Part shown: positions 24,933-32,128 of the stretch, piece after piece
Numbering within the stretch: the first letter of the stretch is position 1
Layout: the number at the start of each line of letters is the position of its first letter
Source of the DNA: Catajapyx aquilonaris
Taxonomy: Eukaryota
DNA: 32,128 nt
Direction of reading: 5' to 3'
Assembly (NCBI GenBank): GCA_000934665.2
Contig: KZ539156.1
Span: 1 to 32,128 of the forward strand
Translations under genes and position numbers: made by a program
Notes under the pieces: model-generated
What the model was told of the DNA's origin: nothing
The model's input: the letters and a program-made list of their open reading frames with translations, nothing else
The model's database searches: none

Positions 24933-27900
24933 NNNNNNNNNNNNNNNNNNNNNNNNNNNNNNNNNNNNNNNNNNNNNNNNNNNNNNNNNNNNNNNNNNCC
25001 CCCCCCCCCCCCCCCACACACACAATGACACCCGTACACACATACCTCCACTTCACAAATTCACAACGCAAAGCACTTCAGTGCGAAAAGTGGCACTTTT
25101 TGTCCGCAGCCAACTTTGGCAATTCTGGAATTGCCAAAGTTGTGGCAGTTTGCAAGCGGGCTTCCATATGTCCTTCGGACAGCTTGCTTCTATACTTGTT
25201 TTTTATTAAATTCATATTGGAAAACGCACTCTCACACAAATACGTTGATCCAAATATAGTGTAGACCTGAATTCCCACCTTTTGTAGGTTAGGAAATCAT
25301 TGGCTGTCCAACTTGTACCAGAAGTCCGGTCCAACCTGATCTTCATTTTCCAGAAGTGCTTGCAGGTCTGCCATTTCCAGTTGTAACCTGCCATTGTCAA
25401 GGACTCCAACGCACACTCCCTGAGCCTCATGGGACCACCTGCCTCTTACTTCTGCAGAGAAGGGGTTACGCATTGCCAAAAACAACTGTGACAAAGAGTC
25501 AAAGTCTCTTAACCTGTTGCGGAACTTCTCCTCGAAGTGTGGCAAGAATTCTACGAATGATCTGTAGTCAATTGTCACTTGAAGTAACACTGGTGAGGAC
25601 AGGGAAATGCAGGCGTTCATCAGAAATATCTTTTTGAAATATGACGAGTTTAGCTGCAAAACCCTTCACAACCTCGAAAAGCTCCGACACAGTTTTATTC
25701 GTACCTTGCAGTGACGTGTTCCGTACATTCAAATGGCTGAAAATGTCTGCTAGGAATGCACATTTTTGCATCTCTTCTGCATTGTCCATGGAGTCCATGA
25801 AACGTTGCTTCTGAGCAGATGGTCTAAGACTAGAAATGAATTCTGGTACTTCTTCTTTCACCTTGAGAAGCTGTTCCAGAACTGCGCCTTTACTTAGCCA
25901 ACGGACATTGTTATTGAGCAGGAGATCAGATTTTTCAGCTTCACACTCTTGCAGGAGGGCCCGAAGGAGTCGGTGCTGCAAGGACGACTTGGCGCGGAGG
26001 AAATTGACCAGCTGCGTAATTTCATCCATGACTTCAGATAAATCTCCGGGCAACTTGGAGCATAAAACTGTCTGCTGGATGATGCAATGGTAAAATAATA
26101 CCCTTTCATTTTTAGCTTTGATGAGACTGCAGAGTCCGCGACTAGCACCAATCATGGCAGGAGCGCCGTCAGTAGCCACAGACATGAGTTTTTCCCCCAA
26201 TAAATTTCTGGATTTCAGGACATTCTCCAGAGAATAAAATATGTGTTCTCCTCTTGTTCTCCCCTGAAGCGCAGCAACACCAAGCATGTTCTTGACGAAC
26301 TCGACACTATCGTAATATCTCACGAAGATCAGGAATTGCGAAACATCACTGCAGTCTGTTGATTTGTCCAGAGCGAGGGAATAGCAGTCTGCCTAACGCA
26401 CTTGGTTAGCAACGGTTTTAGTCACATTTTCAGAGAGATGTTGTATTCTTCGGCCTGTTGTAGTATCCGACAATGGAACCTGCTTAATTTCATCTAAACT
26501 TGATTGTTGTTCGGGAAAAGGACACGGGACATTTCCACCATGCGCTCCTTCACCATTTCGGAACTAAGGAATAGTTGCTTCCTTTTCGCCAGAATCCAGC
26601 TCACCCGTAATGACGCTTCCATGGCTTTCTTTTGGGCCACAGTTGCCCGGATCATACATTGTTTCCCGCGATTGTACACAGCTTTCAGGGCTTCAATTTT
26701 CTTCATTCTCGCCTCACTTCATGGAGAATATTCTCTGTCAAACCCGGCCGCATGTTTTGTTGTGAAATGTCTCTTCAAGTTCCCACTTTTAACAACAGCA
26801 ACAGTCTCCTGGCACAACAAACATGTAGGCTTCGCCCCAGAATGATCAGGCAAGATAAATGCAAAGTCTTTCTCCCACTCTGGTTGGAACCTCCTGTTCT
26901 CTGCATCTACTTTCTGCTTCTTCTCCTCGCTGGCCATCACAGACACTCAGACAGCACGGCCCCCACAAACAATCCTTTCGACTGACACACCACACAAGTA
27001 ACCGATCAGTTGGAAAACCAGCGACTATCTGCACCAAGACCTCTGAGAAGCCCCGCATTTATATGTATCATCAGTTCAAAAAGAATTGTCCCAGTCATCC
27101 TGATGTGTGTGCTGCCCGCTCGACACACACCGTGTAACTTACATGGTGTGTGTCGAGCGGCCAGCCCACACGTCAGGATGACTGGGACAGTTCTTTTTGC
27201 ACTGTTGATACAATAAATAAGGCAATACGAAACAAATGCATAGTACATTACAGAATTGATGAGAAAACAGATTTATTGCCATAGCTGGATGGTCGGATAA
27301 ACCGAGGAGTTGGATACTCAGGGTTCTACTGCAATACATAATAATAATCTGGGTACTGTTTGACTTCCTTGTGGGGCATGTAGCACGTATCTTTATTACA
27401 CTGTACTATACAGAGTGGCACCTTTTTGCAAAGCATCTGGGTCTGCGGGTAGAGGTGAGTCGGAGGGGAGATGCAAGTGTAATGTCCTAGCTCAGTTATT
27501 TTGTATGTTCCCCTGGGTGGTTAGTGTCAAGGAATCCCACCTGGTACAAAACCAGAGATGACCCAACTCTGCACGAGATGAAAGTGGGGAAAGCCCATGC
27601 TTAGGATCGAACCTGGGATTCTTCCATCTGTGAGCTCGAACATTAGTGCAGTGCCACTCCGCCTCTCCTCAGTTTTTTAGTATCACCACTACAAGGCTGA
27701 GGAAAAATTGCACTGACACAAATTTCCAAATGAGTATAGTGCAGGACGAATATGGAAAGTTACTCGACTTTTTCATCCAATGGTGATGTGTACAAACATT
27801 GCCAGTACATTTCATAAATGAGGAATTTTGCAAAACACGCACGAATGGCTTAAAAGCCACCAGAATTTGTTATTAGCATTAATATAAATGTGGCCAAAAA

Positions 27901-28339
27901 TAGAAAATAGAACTGGAATAGCAGTGGAAAATTTCTTTCTGAACTGGTAATAAAATGGACTCTTATCTGTTTTCAGGCTTCCTGTGAATAAAATATTGTG
28001 TATGAGATGTCACATTAATCTCAGCCAAGTCATATCAGCTGCAATTGGAATTGGCCTGTCCATATTTTGGGTTGTTCAAAGGAAGGAGAGCTACGCGTGG
28101 ATATTGCAGGACATAATGGCATTCTTCTTCAGGTGAAGTTGTAGAATCATTTTGTGTGTGTGTGTGCACTAGTTGCAATTTGCACCCATTTAAAAAAAGA
28201 ATATATATGTCCTTCACCTTGCAGTGTAAACATGATGCGAGTGGTTAGGCTTCCCAGTCTGAAGATTGCCACCATTACCCTAGTGATGTTATTTTTCTAT
28301 GACATCTTCTTTGTGTTTGTGACACCATTATTTACCAAG
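7938..28339 (+). CDS. SPPL2: Signal peptide peptidase-like 2 (SPPL2A/2B-type GxGD intramembrane aspartyl protease), 3'-partial. Exons: 7938-8000, 18781-18900, 18973-19113, 19173-19295, 19349-19488, 20571-20746, 23550-23646, 27977-28132, 28225-28339
   Basis: Nine GT-AG exons join in frame (intron phases 0,0,0,0,2,1,2,2,0; 1131 bp = 377 aa). Signal peptide, PA domain, GGYWSG, YAWILQD, RLPSLK and FFYDIFFVFVTPLFTK (catalytic YD) match SPPL2 proteins. No stop codon is reached in the window. Confidence 0.93.
8820..9660. repeat. Degenerate tandem array of four units of about 200-220 bp
   Basis: gagaggagatttc at 8932, 9132, 9352 and 9568; gaattaattg recurs in each unit. Confidence 0.85.
10615..10915. 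mobile_element. Palindromic MITE
   Basis: cagccccctgacaca...ttaatataaaagtctcc is mirrored by ggagacttttatattaa...tgtgtcagggggctg. Confidence 0.7.
11067..11149 (-). mobile_element. Severely 5'-truncated retroelement 3' end with a (TTG)n tail
   Basis: (ACA)n run flanked by an 18-bp TSD, aaattaatgcatgttttt / aaactaatgcatgttttt. Confidence 0.6.
11184..12765. mobile_element. Long-TIR MITE with CACTATG termini (Transib or Chapaev/CACTA-like), interrupted by a SINE
   Basis: CACTATGCAACA...TGTTGCATAGTG ends; inverted arms of about 460 bp; no clean TSD. Confidence 0.8.
11947..12372 (-). mobile_element. tRNA-derived SINE (family C), 15-bp TSD
   Basis: TSD ctcacgtttttattt at 11932-11946 and 12373-12387; reverse B box ggattcgaaccc; ggaaggaagcggctgtagcctattt core reminiscent of Talua-type insect SINEs; (TTTA)n tail. 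Confidence 0.85.
13545..14040. mobile_element. Diverged palindromic MITE
   Basis: gaaaatgctatgaatg...ggctgatttaattatgaaatac is mirrored at 13895-14032; related fragment near 16085-16197. Confidence 0.75.
15102..15600. mobile_element. Possible Helentron/DINE-1-like non-autonomous element
   Basis: Terminal palindrome ttaagggcggcagcccttaa after a T run, and an internal (TTG)n microsatellite. Confidence 0.35.
15632..16059. mobile_element. pogo/Tigger-type MITE, TA TSD
   Basis: TA-CAGTTGAATCCGGATA...TATCCGGATTCAACTG-TA; subterminal tataac repeats. Confidence 0.9.
16249..16813. mobile_element. MITE with inverted arms of about 120 bp and an inner palindrome
   Basis: 16249-16370 mirrors 16691-16813; inner pair at 16501-16527 / 16597-16624. 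Confidence 0.75.
16991..17080. mobile_element. 90-bp Tc1/mariner mini-MITE, TA TSD
   Basis: TA-CAGGGTGTTCCAAGTTC...GAACTTGGAACACCCTG-TA. Confidence 0.9.
17285..18168. mobile_element. Probable Tc1/mariner non-autonomous element
   Basis: TA-CAGGGTG...CACCCTG-TA ends; internal segment near 17485-17560 is shared with the 22256-23372 element. Confidence 0.5.
18566..18700 (-). mobile_element. Truncated SINE related to family C
   Basis: (TTTA)n tail, ggggtggaataccacc and ggaagtaagcggctgtggcctat. Confidence 0.6.
18781..18900 (+). CDS. SPPL2: SPPL2 exon 2 (AQVVHYSYGIIKAKGSEGEGTYCITYSPQLTSLPRNASSA)
   Basis: ttttcag acceptor and gtaagt donor; YCxxYxPxxTxLP motif of the SPPL2 N-terminus. Confidence 0.9.
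18973..19113 (+). CDS. SPPL2: SPPL2 exon 3, PA domain
   Basis: ttttcag / gtatga boundaries; VTLVAHNNCAIEEKVHLAY resembles the PA motif V.RGNC.F..K...A. Confidence 0.9.
19173..19295 (+). CDS. SPPL2: SPPL2 exon 4, PA domain (ELGAIGILV...TVAFIS)
   Basis: tacag / gtgagc boundaries; in frame with neighbours. Confidence 0.9.
19349..19488 (+). CDS. SPPL2: SPPL2 exon 5, first TM segment (GLGKEIKVLQYAPTESRFDLSLLVIWCMATSAVLIGGYWSGQYKYQ)
   Basis: tttcag / gtaagt boundaries; conserved FD...GGYWSG motif. Not in the ORF track. Confidence 0.92.
19634..19846. mobile_element. PIF/Harbinger MITE, TAA TSD
   Basis: TAA-AGGCCGGTA...TACCGGCCT-TAA with imperfect TIRs of about 37 bp. Confidence 0.85.
20571..20746 (+). 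CDS. SPPL2: SPPL2 exon 6 (...LTPLVVVVFVLGMCGMLVLLYYFYQYL)
   Basis: ccag / gtgagt boundaries; MLVLLYYFY is characteristic of SPPL2. Confidence 0.93.
20870..21390. mobile_element. Foldback element derived from the 5' end of a mariner transposase
   Basis: Inverted arms of about 220 bp translate to mariner HTH-like AVIHF*..TEIH..VY..MSSS.VR; the spacer encodes KRFRE..SL..DSRPG. Confidence 0.75.
22256..23372. mobile_element. Long-arm MITE (arms about 285 bp), left arm interrupted by a V-SINE
   Basis: taggtaaatcacaggcatagaattcactggt is mirrored by accagtgaattctatgcctgtgatttaccta, and the homology continues inward. Confidence 0.8.
22476..22732 (-). mobile_element. V-domain SINE (family A), second copy
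   Basis: Colinear with 541-794; short TAA tail; imperfect TSD aagttcttgtcgc / aagttctttgtctgc. Confidence 0.85.
23550..23646 (+). CDS. SPPL2: SPPL2 exon 7 (VYFIIGLFCFTSAVAIQQCLHAVFRKLPVCQCR)
   Basis: tttcag / gtgagt boundaries, phase 1 to phase 2; resembles SPPL2 VY..I..FC.AS...LY.CL. Confidence 0.9.
23719..23947. mobile_element. Sola-like MITE, 4-bp TSD AGAT
   Basis: AGAT-GAGGGGTCTCA...TGAGACCCCTC-AGAT. Confidence 0.7.
24124..24715. mobile_element. Tc1/mariner-type MITE with long imperfect arms, TA TSD
   Basis: TA-CAGGATGGTTGGTAAAT...ATTTACCGACCAACCTG-TA; arms about 185 bp. Confidence 0.85.
24873..24931. repeat. (AT)n microsatellite next to an assembly gap
   Basis: Directly visible in the sequence. 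Confidence 0.95.
25078..26946 (-). pseudogene. Decayed hAT transposase, Buster/SPIN (GTF2IRD2/EPM2AIP1-like) type, antisense in SPPL2 intron 7
   Basis: C2H2 finger KPTCLLC...NLKRHFTTKH, SLALDKSTD, TDGAPAM, HCIIQQ, VRWLSKG, FGSTYLCESAFS and a terminal HFSH. Split over at least five segments by frameshifts and stops. Confidence 0.93.
27064..27212. repeat. Palindrome of about 150 bp (mini-MITE-like)
   Basis: caaaaagaattgtcccagtcatcctga is mirrored by tcaggatgactgggacagttctttttg; centre gtaacttac. Confidence 0.85.
27339..27668 (-). mobile_element. Diverged SINE family B copy
   Basis: Colinear with 3022-3360, including the tail. Confidence 0.8.
27977..28132 (+). CDS. SPPL2: SPPL2 exon 8 (...SIFWVVQRKESYAWILQDIMAFFF)
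   Basis: tttcag / gtgaag boundaries; AWILQD motif. Confidence 0.92.
28225..28339 (+). CDS. SPPL2: SPPL2 exon 9 carrying the catalytic YD aspartate
   Basis: ttgcag / gtatgt boundaries; RLPSLKIATITLVMLFFYDIFFVFVTPLFTK. Confidence 0.95.
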
Positions 28340-28491
28340 GTATGTATATGTTATGCAGGGTGGTGTGAAATGTAAGCACACTTCCTCTCAAATCTAGGTT
28401 CCATGGGATATTCTACGATGAACTACACCTGTTGATTTTGTCGAGTTTGGGTCTCATCAGGAGCAATGGCTCCATCGGGTAGTGGGATATA

Positions 28492-29048
28492 CCGTATTTA
28501 CTCGCATATAAGACGCACTTTTTTTCCGATTTTTGTAGCTCAAAAAGTAGGGTGCGTCTTATACGCGTGTGCGTCTTATACGGCAGGGCACAACGGGTGA
28601 AACCCGTGAGAAATCGTGAAAATCGTTTATTGAAAAATTTAAGCTTGTCGGTTTGATGTCCTGTCAGCACAGTTGATCACTTTCCTCTTGAAATCGGCAC
28701 GGCACGACCTGCGTTTCTCCTTCACTTCCATAGATATGCTCCCCCCGTCCACACACGTGCACAATTCCAGTGTGACCTTGCCACATATACGTTTCAGATG
28801 CGTAGCATTGTCCCATTTTCCACTTGCCCCCACTTTTTACTGGATTCTAATGGATTCCACACGCACATGCATTGCACATGCATTGCACACGAGGTTGCTT
28901 CCGGCAGCTCGAGGCCAGTTCCCAAACTAGTACGGCAATAAATCTGGGTGCGTCTTATATGAGTCAACAACCGATTTTCCACGATTTTTCGCCTCAAAAC
29001 CGGGGTGCGTCTTATACGCGTGTGCGTCTTATATGCGAGTAAATACGG
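28492..29048 (-). mobile_element. Internally deleted pogo element (TA TSD) retaining a Brinker-DBD-like transposase start
   Basis: TA-CCGTATTTACTCGCATATAAGACGCAC...GTGCGTCTTATATGCGAGTAAATACGG-TA; MEVKEKRRSCRADFKRKVI at 28731-28639. Confidence 0.9.
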
Positions 29049-29693
29049 TACCTGCCATGTGCCATCTTGGCATCGGATTTCCTTGTGAATGTCTATACCT
29101 TTATGCGTTTATGTCATACCTTCATGTCTTGACACATTTTTAAAACCTTGCGACATACCTTGTGACATACAAAAAGTTCATCGTCACTACAGCGATAAAA
29201 ATCTTGAATAATTTTTTATGTTGGTTGTTTGCGCAAAAAAAGGAATTACATGGTGGGTCGAAAAAGGGAAGGAAGTTAAAGAGAAAGAAAAAAAATTAAA
29301 TGTGAAGAGATTCTTTGACTGGGTGCAAACCAGGATCCTTGTGATCGATAGGTGGCCACACAACCAGATCATCTGCTTGATCCTGCTATGTTGGTTCTTA
29401 CCTGCAAGTGTCCTATCCCCAGCATGGTATCTTGGCACCAGAAATGTACACTTGTCACATAAATGAATTAACACAATTTTGCTCAACCCCTGAAAGCAAA
29501 ACATTGAAAGAAATTTGACCCAACAGGCAACTGGCCTATTTGGCTCTTTTTTTGGTATAGTTTTTGAACTTTTTGAAACAATATTTGGATTTTTGGGTCT
29601 ATTCTGGACCTATTCCTTCAGAGGCATTTTTTTTTTCTGAATATTTGTTGTGCTCCTGAAAGGACCAAAATCGTTCAGAAGTAATACGACATG

Positions 29694-30780
29694 CAGGGTG
29701 TCCACAAACGATGGGGCCGAAGTAAAAAAAATCTAGAAAATGCAACATACAAGGTACAACTCCCGTACATATCTCATAGCAAAGAGGAAGGTTGAAAGTT
29801 TTTTTTGACATATCTCATCACATGAAATTATTAGTGCCGTGCCATCTAGGAGTTAAAAATAGTGATGGCGGTGGAAAAGGCGTGGTTCGCGCTGTGCCGA
29901 TTAATGCCACAGCTGCAAGAAGATTCCCCGGATTTCATCTTCCAACAAGATGGAGCACCTCCGTATTTCCATCTCCACGTCCCCGACTACCTGAATCGGC
30001 TACTGCCTCAAAGGTGGATCGGGCATTCCACTGACAACGATGCAGTGTTCCAGACTTGGCCACCCCGTTCACCGGATTTGATGCTGTGTGATTTTTTTTT
30101 TTGTGGGAGTACATTAAGGATGCAGTGTTTGTCCCACCCCTCCCGAGATCTGTGGCCGACCTGAAGTCCGCATCACTTCTGTCGTGGCTTGCATAACCCT
30201 GGACATGCTACGACTCACCTGGGATGAGGTCGATTTCCGGTTATCCCTCAGACGGTGATGTGCGAAATGTTCGCTCTCCGGTGACGTGGGCACTTTTTGT
30301 GACCAAGCCATATTTTTTGTTATATCTGACACATCTGGCACATTTGGGCTTCACCTTTGGGACAATCATAGTGTGATTACTTCTACGACAAATAGCATTT
30401 AGTTTACATTTTTTTAGCAAATAGTGCGATCAGAAAAAAAATCGGAATGAAAATCAGTCAGGCCCAACTCCCGGGGGTAGGGGGATTCCACCCCTTGCGG
30501 CTTGGAATGCCACCAGGAGCCGCCAGACCGGATCTTGGGCGGGCCCCAACTACGCATTGCCGCCTAATTAATTTTTTCCTGGTCGTGCTATTTGCTCAAA
30601 AAATTTAAACTAAACGTCATTCATCACAGAAATAGTCAAACGAAAATGTTCTCAAATATGAATCTCGAATGTCCTAAATTTTCCAAGTTATAGCAGAAAA
30701 AGTGTCGTTGGTCACAAAAAGTGCTAACATCACCATCCGAGGGTTAAACGCCTGCCATGTCACACGCGGTGCTCATATCC
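29694..30780 (+). pseudogene. Decayed Tc1/mariner (rosa/DD41D-like) element, catalytic C-terminal half
   Basis: CAGGGTGTCC end; FQQDGAPP...RWIG...WPPRSPDL..CDFF, KDAVFVPPLP, and RLNACHVTRGAHI once the insertion is removed. Confidence 0.88.
30245..30743. mobile_element. piggyBac-type MITE inserted in the mariner remnant
   Basis: TTAT-CCCTCAGACGGTGATG...CATCACCATCCGAGGG-TTAA; excision restores the reading frame. Confidence 0.85.
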
Positions 30781-31228
30781 TCCCGAGACCCGAGAAGAAT
30801 TGAGTAACGCAATGTCAGTTCCTATTGCATTTTCTGAACATTTTCCCAATAAGAAACTAGATTGTTTTTTTTAGTTTTAAAATATCGACAAAAATAGTGA
30901 CAAACAACCAATGAGAACATTAGGACCCAATTGCTGAGACTACAAAAGCAGAACGGATGAAAGCTGAAAATTTAAATACCACTTAATGGATCACTAACAT
31001 AGTGCTCTATCCTCAAGACAATGTTTTTTAAATTCATTTGTGGAATTTGTCGTAGCAATTCCTCTCAGAAGACAATTAAAGATAAATGAAATTATTTTTG
31101 AATGGCACCACTCACTCCAGGCATGGGGATTGCTTTTAACCTTCTTACCCCCTAGCATGGTGCCTCGCTTTTCTAGATTTTAAAACTGAACTGTAAAATG
31201 CAAAGCACACTTCCTTATGGGTGTACAG

Positions 31229-32128
31229 TAGGGCGGCTCGAAAAACACTTTTTTTCGAAAGTTGTAGTTCGCTAGTGAAAAAAAGTTGTGTTGAGCGATC
31301 CTTTTAACAGGTAAAAAATCTGAGTCATGTGGGTTAATATCCTACGGCTCCGCCAGGGGCGTAAGTGACGCAACTTCGGGTTTTTCGTTTTTTGGTGTGC
31401 GAGTACACTTACCCGGCCTAAACATGAAAAGTTGTGGCCCTTTGGGGGTGAAATGTCGTTATTTTTGCGATATCTTGCACCGTTGACGAGATATTGACCA
31501 AAACCCCAGGTTCAAAAATTACACCGTTCTGCAAAAAAACACTCTCTTTCGCTCTTTTGAAATCCTTTATGTGCTTTTTATGGATTTTGGGGTGCTGAAT
31601 CCGAATCCGGCAACAGATCTTGAGATATATAGTTTTAAAACTTTGGACGGTTTACTCTGGGTCTTTCCGAATCAAGTGGGCCTAAATGTTGCTAGACCGC
31701 CTTGGATCTTGGTGAAAATAAGCCCAGATGTACTCATCTATTCCTTAAGGTGGAAATGAAGCGACTTGCTAATCAAATGAGAGTCTAGAATTGGAATGTT
31801 AATAAGAAGGGCTAAAATCAGGGAAACATACGCGACCGATGCAGCAGTAAACGCTGTTCAATCCTATGCATTCCATTCGAATCTGCGTTTTAAACTCGAT
31901 TTAATATGGGCCTATTGCCGGCTGCAAGTTCTTGTGCGCAGGCGCCATTTTCACACTTGCCAACTTAAACATGGTATTCCGAGGTGTGCTTAATATTTGT
32001 TATTTTTGATGGAAATCGATTTTATTCGGCCGTAATTACGAGGTCCCAATTTGTCATGGCATTTTTAAAAGTTTAGTTCCGAAAGGGGAGCCTGTAGCTC
32101 TTCATTTGTGTCGGATTTGGAACACGTT
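31229..32128. repeat. Unclassified DNA-transposon-like repeat running off the window
   Basis: Segment near 31665-31735 (aatcaagtgggcctaaatgttgctaga) matches 11340-11405. Confidence 0.45.

Noticed and set aside
25078..26946. Domesticated GTF2IRD2/ZBED-like host gene
   Set aside because: Multiple frameshifts and stops and an altered CxxH motif indicate a dead transposon.
28340..32128. Further SPPL2 exons (GxGD, PAL motifs)
   Set aside because: None recognised; the region is TE-filled intron and the gene continues beyond the window.

Overview
Repeat-dense eukaryotic genomic DNA, probably from an invertebrate such as an arthropod (inference). It holds two genes arranged head to head. The first is an intronless 126-aa ORF on the minus strand (5052-5432) with a TATA box and a PRR15/PRR15L-like SRSGRFKxKKxxRA motif. 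The second is the 5' part of a signal peptide peptidase-like 2 (SPPL2A/2B-type) gene on the plus strand. I assembled nine phase-consistent GT-AG exons by eye (7938-28339, 377 codons): signal peptide, PA domain, TM helices and the catalytic YD motif. The GxGD and PAL exons lie beyond the window. Introns and intergenic DNA are filled with tRNA-derived SINEs (three families with shared tails), MITEs (Tc1/mariner, pogo, hAT, Harbinger, piggyBac, Sola-like, CAC-ended), a decayed Buster/SPIN-type hAT transposase and a decayed mariner transposase. The best leads are a candidate mutually exclusive twin of SPPL2 exon 7, the PRR15-like gene, a hAT transposase framed by pogo-type ends, and a hAT MITE just upstream of the SPPL2 start codon. 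No confirmed novel system can be claimed from the sequence alone.
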